Positions 1 to 9,167 of a stretch of DNA of 64,000 nucleotides are shown in pieces. Numbering within the stretch: the stretch's first letter is position 1; every line of letters begins with the position of its first letter. This DNA is from Candidatus Thalassarchaeum sp. (GTDB lineage: Archaea > Thermoplasmatota > Poseidoniia > Poseidoniales > Thalassarchaeaceae). The DNA lies in NCBI GenBank assembly GCA_045559735.1, contig JBJLJN010000013.1:1343-65342 (forward strand), read 5' to 3'. The position numbers were made by a program, and so were the translations under genes. The notes beneath the pieces are model-generated. The model did not search any database and was not told the origin of the DNA. It worked only from the letters and a program-made list of their open reading frames with translations.

Positions 1-77
1 AGCCAAGATGTAAGAGCCTCATCTGAGATGGAGCCGTTGACCACTCCCTCTACGAGGTCGCGGATGCGCTCGGACAT
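1..77 (-). CDS. 5' end of an unidentified CDS running off the window edge (26 codons visible)
   Basis: The minus-strand ATG at 77..75 overlaps the TGA stop (79..77) of the upstream 1523-aa ORF as ATGA. It reads MSERIRDLVEGVVNGSISDEALTSW.. to position 1. This is too short to assign a family. Confidence 0.35.
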   Translation of the reverse strand, partial: MSERIRDLVEGVVNGSISDEALTSW

Positions 78-3000
78 CACTCCTCCTCGCCTAGCTCCGC
101 TCGGACTTCTTCCATTGTCCGCCCCTGTTCGAGCATCCATTGGACCTCATCTCTAGCTGCATTGTCGAATCCGAAACCATCCAACTTGATTGCTCCATGC
201 TCACCGTCATCGCTGCCCTCAATGCGAGCGCGCACATCCTCTGCGGATTCATCGAAACTTGTTCCAGTAAGGACGGCCTTGTCCGAATCGGTGTCGTCGA
301 ATCTGTATCCCGAATCGTCAATCAAGATCTCATCGGTGCCCCTTCTCGGTTGCAGGAACATCGAGGCAGCAGCAGCGGCCAGAGACACAGCTGAGATAAC
401 CATAATCCAGAACAGGAATGAGGCACCTGGTCTGGACAGTGGATCCTCTCTGATGTTGAATAGTCCTGTTTCCTCCTCCTCTTCGGACTCCTCTTCAGAC
501 TCTTCTTCCTCTTCCCCTCCCTCTTCGCCGCCATCAGTCGAGCCCTGCTCGCACCCATATTGCTCGCCATCAGGAATTCCATTCTCATCAACATCTCCTG
601 AGTTCATCGAGAACACCGGTTGACGCATCACACTGGCTGCGAAAGCCGACTCCTCACCATCCAGTATGCAGTCCCCATCGGTGTCATTGGACTGAGGATT
701 ACCTCCCAGCTGATACTCCTCTAGGTTGTTTAGGCCATCCTCGTCGGGATCGAGCGACTGCTCGCTGAGTGCAGTACCTATGACGGCCGCAGAGTGCCGG
801 TTCAGGCCGTATTCGACCTCCCACTGATCCGGCAACAGGTCGCCGTCGGAGTCAGTTGTTGGATCCAATCTGTTCCAGTCCTCCTCAAAGGAGGAAGAGT
901 AGTCAGAGGCCAGTCCTTGGTGATGAATCAGAACACCCATCTCGCGATTTCTCAAAGCGGCGCTTGAGCCCCAGTTCATGCTTCCAACGAGCACGCTCGC
1001 GCCATCGATGATAGCTCCCTTGTTGTGTAGCTTCACGATGGTGCCGGAATAAGCCATCAGACGGGCCGTGACATCGAGTCCTTCGGTCTCGTTCCAGCCG
1101 GTGTTGAACATGTGGATGGCATCACGAATCTCCTCGTCCCACTCTGCATAGAATCCGTTAAGCATCAGTCGGATGCTCACGCCCCTCTGCGCTGCATCGT
1201 GCAGAGCGGCTATAATCGGGTTATCTCCGAAGCCCCAGTACCAGTCCAAGTCCAGATACTGGACAGACAACTCGATTGATTGCTGGGCCGATTCGATCAT
1301 CGCGACTATGCCTGTGACACAGTCATCGGGGCAGGTCAGGAGCTGTGCATCGAACGGCCCCTGATGATACTCGACGGGTGAAAGTTCACCATCGTGCCAT
1401 GGCTCCTCCATAGTCCAGTCGAATGTCGGTGCGTGCCAAGAGGAGTGAGGAGAGATGTGTAGATGCTGGGCGTTCTCATCCCATGCCATCCGTGACAGTA
1501 CTAACTCGGCAGCGACCTGAGAATTCAGTATCACCGACCACTCGCGGTTGCCGACCTCATCTGGAGGAACGCTGGTGTCCTTCCAGTTGCCTGAAGAGAT
1601 CCACACGCTGTCGGAATCCCTGACAGCTACCTTGCTGTGGATGTATGAGTAGGGCGAGCTGATTTGCGTAGGATCCTCCATCCAGAGCACATTCGCACCC
1701 GCATCGTGTAGTGTCTGCGCATGCCCTCTCTGGTTGTTCACTGTACTGCTACCATCGAGAATCCCTTCTTCGAGCAGAATCGTAACCTCTACGCCCTCAG
1801 CAATTGCTTCAAGAAGCGCTTGAGTCAGATCGGGGCTCATGAACTGGTAGATGTGTAGGTGGATGGAGTTTTCAGCCTCACCTATCCACTGCTTCAGGTC
1901 GTTGAATGCAGAGTCGGGACCGATTGAGGCAGAGGCCGTCGAGGCGGCCTCGGTAGTAAAGTGCCCCCCATCACAAAACGTCGAAGCGCCAATCCTAATC
2001 CACCTTTGCTCCCAGTCCGAACCACTGTCGGTGTCGGGGTAGTCTCCACACCCAGTGCCACGCATTAGAATGAGGCCAGGTGTCCCATCTCCTGGGACTG
2101 AAACCGCAGCGCCCTGCCAACCATCAATTTCGGCAATGCCACCTCCGAACACAATAGCATCAACTACCGTTCCATCAGGCGTCTTGAGTTGTAATGCGCT
2201 GCCAGAATCAACCAACCAGGGCATGTTGTTTAGGGCGACGTTACCATCCAATGCAGTGATGCCCCCATCTGCAAGGAGATTTGCAGGGTTCTCAGTCAGA
2301 ACTACAGAGCTCCCCGCATCGATAACCACATCACCAAAGGCGGAAATCCAGGGGGTGGTGGAGCGAATCCGCTCTATGGTCCAGCCTGCCAGACTAACCG
2401 GTTCATCTCCGATGTTGGTAAGCTCAAGCCAATCGTTGTCCCTGTCTGGGACCTCTGATGGCATGATGCGAGTGAACATCACATCGTACTCGCCGTCCCA
2501 TTCGGAGGGCTCTGCGGGAGGGTCCCACAGCCACAACATGTTATTGTCGTGCTTACCTGTGTCTTCGGCCACAAGGACCCTACCATCATCGAGCACAGCT
2601 AGATTGTCGGGCCCAGCGATTCGGTTGGCATCACACGATCCGGAGGAGTAAGTTCCACCAGCGATAACGGGTTCGATTCGAGTCACATCCCAGTCGTCTT
2701 CCACGGGCATCCTGTAGACTATCCCGCAACGGTTCTCGGATAGTCTGATGTCTCCCTGCGAGTCACTCATGTCATATCTGATATCTGACATAGCCAAATA
2801 CACATAGCCGGGCGCCTCGGAGTTGAAGACAACACCCTCCATCTTGTTCCACTCATCTGTGGCACCTATGGACCCGGCAGCCTTCCTTGATTCGAGGAAT
2901 GCAACCCTGTCGTCGGCTGCCGTTCCAACACCACCGTCTCCATTCAGATCTTCGTCTAGGATGCTCTCTGCCCAGTCGTTGATCTCCTCGTCGGAGATGT

Positions 3001-4648
3001 ACGAGTTCTCACCAGCAACGAAATCAGAAGTAGTGATTCCATCGTATTCGTCTATCCAAGCCTCAATTTGAGTATCGCTGGATGAAGCCAACTCAATCCA
3101 CTCAACGTCAAACCCAGTAGTAGCAGGATTGCTTCCTGAGTCCTGTGTGAGCCTAGCAGCATACAATGTACCTGACTCTAGGTCTCCCACGGTGTCTGCG
3201 ACGAATTTGAACAGCACCGTACCGTATTCGTCATCGGATAGGTAGACAGTCTTCTGATCCGGCATCACCTGAGCGTTCTCGTGTGAGAATCTGCCCAGCG
3301 AGAGCTGCTTGTCGAAGGACGGCGTAGGCGTATCAGGGTCTGTTATCTCGACGATCCATCCGTAGTCGTACGGATTGGGGTAATGGCCTAGATAGTCTGC
3401 CAGCTCTTGCTGGTCCGAGTGGTAGTGGTAACTAGGGTTGTTCCAGTTCACGGTGTCTGAGAAGTAAAGCTCCTCAGAGAGCAGAGGAGTTCCCCAAGGG
3501 CTGATTGAGCCGAAGCACAAAACCCAACCGCCATTCATTCCGCTGAGGTCCTGCATCATACCCCCTAGGACATCCCATTCCTGCGAGGCAGTATTCCACT
3601 GAATCAAGAGCTGACTAACGCCTGCAGGGCGACTCTCCCATGTCGTATATAGGTAGCCTCTGGTTCCTTGTGAGTTCAGAGGGACGAAGGCATTGAAGTC
3701 AGGCTTTTGACTGGTGAATAGAAGCTCACCATCATCGGCAGCATAGATTCCTCCTGCGACTCCCCCCTCGGAAAGTGCATCACCGCTTTGCACGAGAACC
3801 TGATAATCTCCGTGAGACACCCTGACGCCATGCCAGACATCCCACTCGCTACTGGACAGATCTAGTTCAGGAACCACGGCGGGAAGAGCGTTCCAATCGA
3901 CTCCGTTTACTACGCCGACAGTGGCATCGTAGTAATTCTCGTCAGGGTGCATTGCATTGACGAAGAGATTCCCGAGCGAATTCACGTGCAGCCCTGTGAC
4001 CTCGGCCCCGCTCGGCATCATCATCACCCGAGTGAGATCAGAAGGAGTTCTTTCTAACTCCCCCTCGCCTCCACCCGTTCCTTCGGAGTTTTCGGCTCCG
4101 GGAGTATTCTCCTCGGAGTCGACCCAATCCGCAGATGAATCGGCAGTTGGAATCTTCGAGATTCCGTTGGACGCCTCACCTGTCGTTACTGTGTGGATGA
4201 TGGCCCCACTGGAATCCTTTAGGTAAAGAGTCTCTCCAGCGTTATTCAGGCGGAGAGTCCCGACTTCATTCTCGGCGATTACCGCGTAACTCCCCGAGGC
4301 AATAACGAAAGACTCGTCCAGATTGGAGAAGCCAACCCAGGTTGAAGCATCGATTGGATGTACCCAACCACCGATATCCTCCAAGGTCCAATTCTGTAGG
4401 CTCATTCCGGATATCCCGGAATTGTGTAACTCGACCCATTCTCCGTTTGGGAAGATTCCTTGGTCAGAGCCATCCGCATTTGGCATCATCTCGTTGATGC
4501 ATACTCCTGTGCACTCAGTAGAACGGCTAACTGCATCTGATGTAACTCCCGAATCCCTCAGGCCCGACTCCACCGCAGGATATAGCGACATCAGCAACAA
4601 CATCGCTAGAGCGAGAGCCGCAGCACCAGCTTCCTCACGCTCCTGCAT
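77..4648 (-). CDS. Surface-anchored multidomain phosphoesterase: lamin-tail domain (LTD) - PhoX-like (DUF839) propeller - LTD - two PLD-family HKD domains - TSP3-like Ca-binding repeats - poly-Glu tract - TM anchor - cytoplasmic tail
   Basis: Hydrophobic N-terminus (AAALALAMLLLMSLYPAV). LTD signatures: GEWVELHNSG..LNNAGETLYLKD and NDWLELTNIGDEPVSLAGWTIER. PhoX/DUF839 signatures: ISPWGTPLLSEE, GRFSHENAQVMPDQKTVYLSDDEYGTVLFKFV, GTLYAARL, GPDNLAVLDDGRVLVAEDTG. Two HxKxxxxD motifs: YIHSKVAVRDSDSVWISSGNW and KLHNKGAIIDGASVLVGSMNW. DSDGDLLPDQWE / DPDEDGLNNLEE / DTDGDCILDGEE repeats. C-proximal helix FLFWIMVISAVSLAAAAASMF followed by a ~100-aa charged tail. Confidence 0.8.
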   Translation of the reverse strand: MQEREEAGAAALALAMLLLMSLYPAVESGLRDSGVTSDAVSRSTECTGVCINEMMPNADGSDQGIFPNGEWVELHNSGISGMSLQNWTLEDIGGWVHPIDASTWVGFSNLDESFVIASGSYAVIAENEVGTLRLNNAGETLYLKDSSGAIIHTVTTGEASNGISKIPTADSSADWVDSEENTPGAENSEGTGGGEGELERTPSDLTRVMMMPSGAEVTGLHVNSLGNLFVNAMHPDENYYDATVGVVNGVDWNALPAVVPELDLSSSEWDVWHGVRVSHGDYQVLVQSGDALSEGGVAGGIYAADDGELLFTSQKPDFNAFVPLNSQGTRGYLYTTWESRPAGVSQLLIQWNTASQEWDVLGGMMQDLSGMNGGWVLCFGSISPWGTPLLSEELYFSDTVNWNNPSYHYHSDQQELADYLGHYPNPYDYGWIVEITDPDTPTPSFDKQLSLGRFSHENAQVMPDQKTVYLSDDEYGTVLFKFVADTVGDLESGTLYAARLTQDSGSNPATTGFDVEWIELASSSDTQIEAWIDEYDGITTSDFVAGENSYISDEEINDWAESILDEDLNGDGGVGTAADDRVAFLESRKAAGSIGATDEWNKMEGVVFNSEAPGYVYLAMSDIRYDMSDSQGDIRLSENRCGIVYRMPVEDDWDVTRIEPVIAGGTYSSGSCDANRIAGPDNLAVLDDGRVLVAEDTGKHDNNMLWLWDPPAEPSEWDGEYDVMFTRIMPSEVPDRDNDWLELTNIGDEPVSLAGWTIERIRSTTPWISAFGDVVIDAGSSVVLTENPANLLADGGITALDGNVALNNMPWLVDSGSALQLKTPDGTVVDAIVFGGGIAEIDGWQGAAVSVPGDGTPGLILMRGTGCGDYPDTDSGSDWEQRWIRIGASTFCDGGHFTTEAASTASASIGPDSAFNDLKQWIGEAENSIHLHIYQFMSPDLTQALLEAIAEGVEVTILLEEGILDGSSTVNNQRGHAQTLHDAGANVLWMEDPTQISSPYSYIHSKVAVRDSDSVWISSGNWKDTSVPPDEVGNREWSVILNSQVAAELVLSRMAWDENAQHLHISPHSSWHAPTFDWTMEEPWHDGELSPVEYHQGPFDAQLLTCPDDCVTGIVAMIESAQQSIELSVQYLDLDWYWGFGDNPIIAALHDAAQRGVSIRLMLNGFYAEWDEEIRDAIHMFNTGWNETEGLDVTARLMAYSGTIVKLHNKGAIIDGASVLVGSMNWGSSAALRNREMGVLIHHQGLASDYSSSFEEDWNRLDPTTDSDGDLLPDQWEVEYGLNRHSAAVIGTALSEQSLDPDEDGLNNLEEYQLGGNPQSNDTDGDCILDGEESAFAASVMRQPVFSMNSGDVDENGIPDGEQYGCEQGSTDGGEEGGEEEEESEEESEEEEETGLFNIREDPLSRPGASFLFWIMVISAVSLAAAAASMFLQPRRGTDEILIDDSGYRFDDTDSDKAVLTGTSFDESAEDVRARIEGSDDGEHGAIKLDGFGFDNAARDEVQWMLEQGRTMEEVRAELGEEE

Positions 4649-4721
4649 AGAGCCGTGCCACCCCTAATCGGGGTTCAAACCTTCGTGCACGCGTGCCCCG
4701 TCCGGCAAGCCGTCTGGGCCT

Positions 4722-7421
4722 CTATTCTTCAGCTTCTTCGGAGCCACGAGTTCCCATCGAACCGTACACAATCAGGCCAATCCCGGCAACATATAACAGT
4801 GCAATCACAATGTGTACGTAAACGAGAGGAGCACCGGCATCGCCACCGAAGTTTGTCCACCCCATTGGGCCTAGATTGTCAGTAACGCCACCCACAAACG
4901 CCTCAGCCGTATCGTCTGGGACATCACTGAAAGTGTGAATCTCAAACACTGGCATCACATCATTTGAGTCGAAATCCGGATTCATCGAACCGGGCCCGCG
5001 AAGATCGAGATAGAAGGCAGCAGTAACCTTCCCGTACATTGGCATATTTGTAATGGGCTCGACCTTCATGTCGATATCGACTCCGAGGTAAACCGGGAGA
5101 GCACCCGGCATAGCATCGACAAAGCTCTCAGAACCAATCAGCTTACCTTGAATTTGAGTGCTGGAAGGGTCAAGTGTCACAGTATGCTCAACCATGTCTA
5201 TTCCCTTGTAGGTAGTCCCAGATCCTACCACGGACTGAGCTATCGCATACCCTATTATGTTCACACTGAACGGGTTCTCAGCATCTGCAATATCGCCGAT
5301 GGTACCTGCGACTATTGTGTCATCGTTACCGACATGGTCGGAGAGCAGACCTAGGGCAGCATCCTCACGGTGAGGGGCCCTCCATGGGAGGTACTCTGTC
5401 ATGCCGTAAATTTGACCTTCCTCGCACTCGAGATCATTTCCAAGGAAGTTACCTCCCGCATCGTAGTCGTAGTCGCAAAGACCATCACCGTTGGAGTTGA
5501 TGTATCCTTGAGCTAGACGCTGTCGAACATTGTCTCCAGCAGTGCTCATCATGTACACAGAACGGTCGCCTGTACTGATTCCTCCAGAGCCATAGTAGGT
5601 GTCATTAGTCTCAAGACTCACCCAAGGGAAGAATCCGAAGTATGCATTGACAGCATCATTCCAACCATACAGCCAGTTGCTAACTGGTTGGGTAGTGAAT
5701 GGCTCGTTGCCAGTTACGAAGTTCAATAGCACCGGCATCACGGTGTCGAAGTAAAAGTTGCCCACCCAATCCCTGAGGGCATGGGCTGCATCTTCAGGTA
5801 TGCCATACAGAGATGCCACATAGGCGTCATCCCAGACATGCTGGTTACCCTCTGAATCCGGCAGAGACATTCCTGAGAGTTCACCATACATGAATGAGGC
5901 CGGGAAGGACGACTTCAGACCGATTTCGGGATCATTGAGGATGAAGTTTGATTGCTCCATTGACAGGTCTGCCATACCAGCGAATTGTTCCCTGTTGAGT
6001 CCTATTGGGATGTACTCGCCCTGTAGTGGGTCTGCAGCTCCGAATGCGGTGTGCCACCAATCCTCGGCGTTCATTGTACCCTGTCCTCCAATCAGTATCT
6101 TCTCGAAATCCCTTGGCGGGCCGGTTACTCCTAGGCCGACCCATGGCTCGACATAGTCAGCTAGGTCAGCGATTGTCAGAAGGCCTAGGTTGTAGGTAAT
6201 CATAGCATCATAGTAACTGCCTGACTGTAGAGGCAGCAGCAGACCGATGACCATGCCAGGAAGTGGTATTCCGCTGATTTCGAATGAGGTAAGCATGCCA
6301 ACGCTCTCGTTGAATAGTAGATTCTCCAGTGTAAGCGGATCATTCACCATGATTCCGCTGACCTCGTGGAATCTTTCTTTGAGCTGTGGGGTCTGGTTGT
6401 TAATCTCGGCCCCCCCGCCGTGTTCCACGAACTTGCTCGCCGCTAGCCCGAAGACAGTTGCATCCACAGATGCCATTGTTGCAGCATCGGAGCCGGCGTA
6501 GCCATACAATGCTGCCCGAGTCTGAGTAACTTGACCTCCATCAGGAGCGCCCATTCCAGCAACGATGACCGGACCCAGATCGCAAGTAAGGGCTATGCAA
6601 TTTCCAGTTGAAGGATCAACTGCATCGTAAAGGATGCTGTCTGCAAATGGGAAGAACATCTGAGTGTTGTTCAGTATGTCGCTCGTGCTGGCATCGGGCC
6701 CCGAGAAGACTCCAGAGAGGATCCCTGAAGGCGCCAGTATGGAGGCATTGGCTTCGTCCATCCCCGTAGCCTGTAGACTCATTGAGAACGCATCCACCAT
6801 TCCCTCAATATCCTCAGACGCCCAGATACTGGGGGCCCTGTTGGACAAATCGAAATCAATCATACCTGCCGCAAACATTGCTTTGGCAAAGGTCTCGCCA
6901 TAGAATATTCCACCACTATCGCCACCCATGCCACCTATCCTCTGAGTATTCCAAAGAATATTCACATTGGTGATGTTAGTTTCGCCTGAAACAGAGGCGT
7001 GCTCAACGCCCTCATTGTCAGTCCATTTACACTCAGCACACCACTCGAAGACGTCGTACTCAGAGTAGGTTACAGTTTCCGCCTCGTAATCGAAGCCGAG
7101 AATTTCCTTGGTAGTTGTGACATTGTAGATGAAGGGGCCCATCATGGTGAAGGCATCAGCCGGATTTTCTGAATCCAAGGCCGATGCATCTGTTATCGAA
7201 TTAGCGAAGTAGACTCTCGGAGCAGTAGATATATGCCACTCCTCGTCGTAGTCCACTGAGTAGTTCTCATTACCATCCTCGTCATAACCGTCGTATAGTC
7301 CTGTAACTCCTTCCGCAACTGTGCCTTCGATTATACCATCTACGACACCCGTCACACCGATTCCTATGTTCACAAGTAGGAGCAAAACCCCTACACCCAA
7401 TGCTGTTTTCTGTCTATCCAT
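4722..7421 (-). CDS. Membrane protein with a TM helix at each end and a large ectodomain; candidate CD36 / scavenger-receptor class B family homologue with a large insertion
   Basis: The long ORF (4722..7496) is trimmed to the Met of MDRQKTALGVGVLLLLVNIGIGV (ATG 7421..7419), which gives an N-terminal TM helix. A second TM helix (VYVHIVIALLYVAGIGLIVYG) lies 12 aa from the C-terminus. Three collinear CD36-like motif blocks are described in the findings. The coding call is solid; the family call is provisional. Confidence 0.55.
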   Translation of the reverse strand: MDRQKTALGVGVLLLLVNIGIGVTGVVDGIIEGTVAEGVTGLYDGYDEDGNENYSVDYDEEWHISTAPRVYFANSITDASALDSENPADAFTMMGPFIYNVTTTKEILGFDYEAETVTYSEYDVFEWCAECKWTDNEGVEHASVSGETNITNVNILWNTQRIGGMGGDSGGIFYGETFAKAMFAAGMIDFDLSNRAPSIWASEDIEGMVDAFSMSLQATGMDEANASILAPSGILSGVFSGPDASTSDILNNTQMFFPFADSILYDAVDPSTGNCIALTCDLGPVIVAGMGAPDGGQVTQTRAALYGYAGSDAATMASVDATVFGLAASKFVEHGGGAEINNQTPQLKERFHEVSGIMVNDPLTLENLLFNESVGMLTSFEISGIPLPGMVIGLLLPLQSGSYYDAMITYNLGLLTIADLADYVEPWVGLGVTGPPRDFEKILIGGQGTMNAEDWWHTAFGAADPLQGEYIPIGLNREQFAGMADLSMEQSNFILNDPEIGLKSSFPASFMYGELSGMSLPDSEGNQHVWDDAYVASLYGIPEDAAHALRDWVGNFYFDTVMPVLLNFVTGNEPFTTQPVSNWLYGWNDAVNAYFGFFPWVSLETNDTYYGSGGISTGDRSVYMMSTAGDNVRQRLAQGYINSNGDGLCDYDYDAGGNFLGNDLECEEGQIYGMTEYLPWRAPHREDAALGLLSDHVGNDDTIVAGTIGDIADAENPFSVNIIGYAIAQSVVGSGTTYKGIDMVEHTVTLDPSSTQIQGKLIGSESFVDAMPGALPVYLGVDIDMKVEPITNMPMYGKVTAAFYLDLRGPGSMNPDFDSNDVMPVFEIHTFSDVPDDTAEAFVGGVTDNLGPMGWTNFGGDAGAPLVYVHIVIALLYVAGIGLIVYGSMGTRGSEEAEE

Positions 7422-7503
7422 GCTGCCGCACCTAGAGTCCTCAGCAGGGTTGAGCGGATAAGCGTTACAGTAGCAAAAAAGACCCCTCTGAATCACAACT
7501 CAA

Positions 7504-9159
7504 TCAGATGAATCCGAAACCATCGAACTCGCGCGCGAACGTGTACAGCATTATTGGGACCAGAATAATCCCCATCGCATGGCTTCTTCTGATGCCAATC
7601 CGAGGGGGCATCAGACCCATCGCGGTCCCAATGATTAGCACCCCAAGTCCAATCCATCCAGTGGACAGCCAGACCAATATGGCGATGAACCCAGTCACTG
7701 AAATTACCAATGTCCGTAAAGGGACCAACTCATGTACCTTCAGCATGCCCTTGCCAACCTTAATCATCACAGGAACCGCGAATAGCCCGGAAGCGATTGT
7801 AATACCTAGTAGTCGTACGAAATCCGCAGGCGGATCGACTGCGTTCCACATGTCGATTGGATACATCATGTTGAGAGCTAGTGCGGCTCCAGATCTAGGC
7901 CGTCCGACCATGTACAGGAAGCCCAGAACCATGACTGTAACAGCGGTGTTCACTGAAGAAAGAATGGCAATAATTTCTAGGTCCTGCTGCTGATTCTGCG
8001 CCCCGAGGTCGAGGTCAGGACTGACTCCTGCCTCAGACAGGACCTCCTCGAACATCCCCCTCTCTTCTTCTGAGAGGTCATCTAGACCCTCGATGTCTGT
8101 AGTAGTTCCACTAGGTGTGAAGCCCGGCTGAGTTCCATGCTCAAAGTCCGCGGGGATGTAGTTGGGGTCAGTCAGCCTGCCCCAGAAGTTCCGCATGCTC
8201 ATCACCACAACAGTCGCTTGAGCAGCAGTCATACCGGGAAGGATAGCCATCACTGACGAGACGATAGCAGACAGAAACGTCGGTACTGCAAGTGGCCTCA
8301 TCGGCGGCATCTCCCAGTTCGGCTCTTGCGGCGGTATCTCTGAGGTCGTAACATAGATGTCAATCAGGTTCGCGATACCGAATAATCCGGCTAGGCCCGG
8401 GAACAGCAGCGTCGCTGACGGCATGCCGATAGGTGATCTACCTGGCAGCTCGAACACAGCCCAGCCATAGAATCCTGTCAGCAGGAAGAAGAATGTAGCA
8501 GCGAGTATGCCTGCTACCCTAGAGCTATCGCCGAGTCGTAGGTCGATGTTCTCCCACTTACGATGAATTCTAAACTTCCAAATTGGTATATTGAACTCTA
8601 TTTTTCGTGGTAGTGGTACTACCAGCCTGCTGGTGATCCTCTGACTCCACTCGGGCCAAGATAGGCGTGTAGTTTCAGTCAGAATCAGGAATATCGAGAT
8701 GGTCAGTAACAGCCAGGGCAGGACATCTCGACTGGACTCGTAGAGACCTAAACCCGGATCCTCACCGAATAGAAGTCTAGCCACAATAAGCAGTGGAATG
8801 GACATCAGCATGCCCATTTGCGAACCTCGCGCTGAATATGCCACTCCTTGTGCGGCTTGACCGGAAATAAGCATCCTATGACCCGGCAGCAAGGCTAGGG
8901 CCATGTTATCGTCCGGAGCCCCAACCAATGCACTTGGGATGTAATTGAGGAAGGTGTGAACCGTACCACAGGCGACGATGATTCCCGCCACCGCATCAAG
9001 AGGGATGCCGATTGCTACTGCGACGGGGGAAAGACTGAGAGCGATTAGGGCGACATTGTTTACGTGAAATCCTGGAATCAGTCCGGTCAGGCAACCCAGC
9101 ATGATGCCGAACAAGTATGATGCAATGAGCCAACCGAAATCTAGCAGCACACCGTCCAT
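7504..9159 (-). CDS. Polytopic membrane protein, TctA/DUF112-like transporter family
   Basis: 551 aa and highly hydrophobic throughout. The N-terminal pattern LGCLTGLIPGFHVNNVALIALSL..IPSALVGAPDDNMALALLPGHRMLISGQAAQGVAYSARGSQMG matches the TctA/DUF112 signature (G..PG.., LPGH.M...G). It has an acidic cytoplasmic insertion (DIEGLDDLSEEERGMFEEV). Confidence 0.55.
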   Translation of the reverse strand: MDGVLLDFGWLIASYLFGIMLGCLTGLIPGFHVNNVALIALSLSPVAVAIGIPLDAVAGIIVACGTVHTFLNYIPSALVGAPDDNMALALLPGHRMLISGQAAQGVAYSARGSQMGMLMSIPLLIVARLLFGEDPGLGLYESSRDVLPWLLLTISIFLILTETTRLSWPEWSQRITSRLVVPLPRKIEFNIPIWKFRIHRKWENIDLRLGDSSRVAGILAATFFFLLTGFYGWAVFELPGRSPIGMPSATLLFPGLAGLFGIANLIDIYVTTSEIPPQEPNWEMPPMRPLAVPTFLSAIVSSVMAILPGMTAAQATVVVMSMRNFWGRLTDPNYIPADFEHGTQPGFTPSGTTTDIEGLDDLSEEERGMFEEVLSEAGVSPDLDLGAQNQQQDLEIIAILSSVNTAVTVMVLGFLYMVGRPRSGAALALNMMYPIDMWNAVDPPADFVRLLGITIASGLFAVPVMIKVGKGMLKVHELVPLRTLVISVTGFIAILVWLSTGWIGLGVLIIGTAMGLMPPRIGIRRSHAMGIILVPIMLYTFAREFDGFGFI

Positions 9160-9167
9160 GCAACCAC

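Noticed and set aside
470-545. GAA/GAG-rich nucleotide tract (plus-strand ctc/ttc runs), considered as a possible tandem repeat or regulatory low-complexity element.
   Set aside because: It simply encodes the poly-Glu/Ser spacer (EEGGEEEEESEEESEEEEE) of the PhoX/PLD surface protein.
2055-2651. 198-aa plus-strand ORF, together with many similar 60-230-aa ORFs antisense to the giant genes: 37233..37913, 32502..33068, 45263..45967, 55626..56285, 56486..57112, 17416..17865 and 18868..19599.
   Set aside because: All lie wholly inside, and antisense to or out of frame with, long ORFs that carry recognisable domains. Their translations are Ser/Pro/Arg/Thr-rich low-complexity sequence typical of shadow ORFs in a moderately GC-rich genome.
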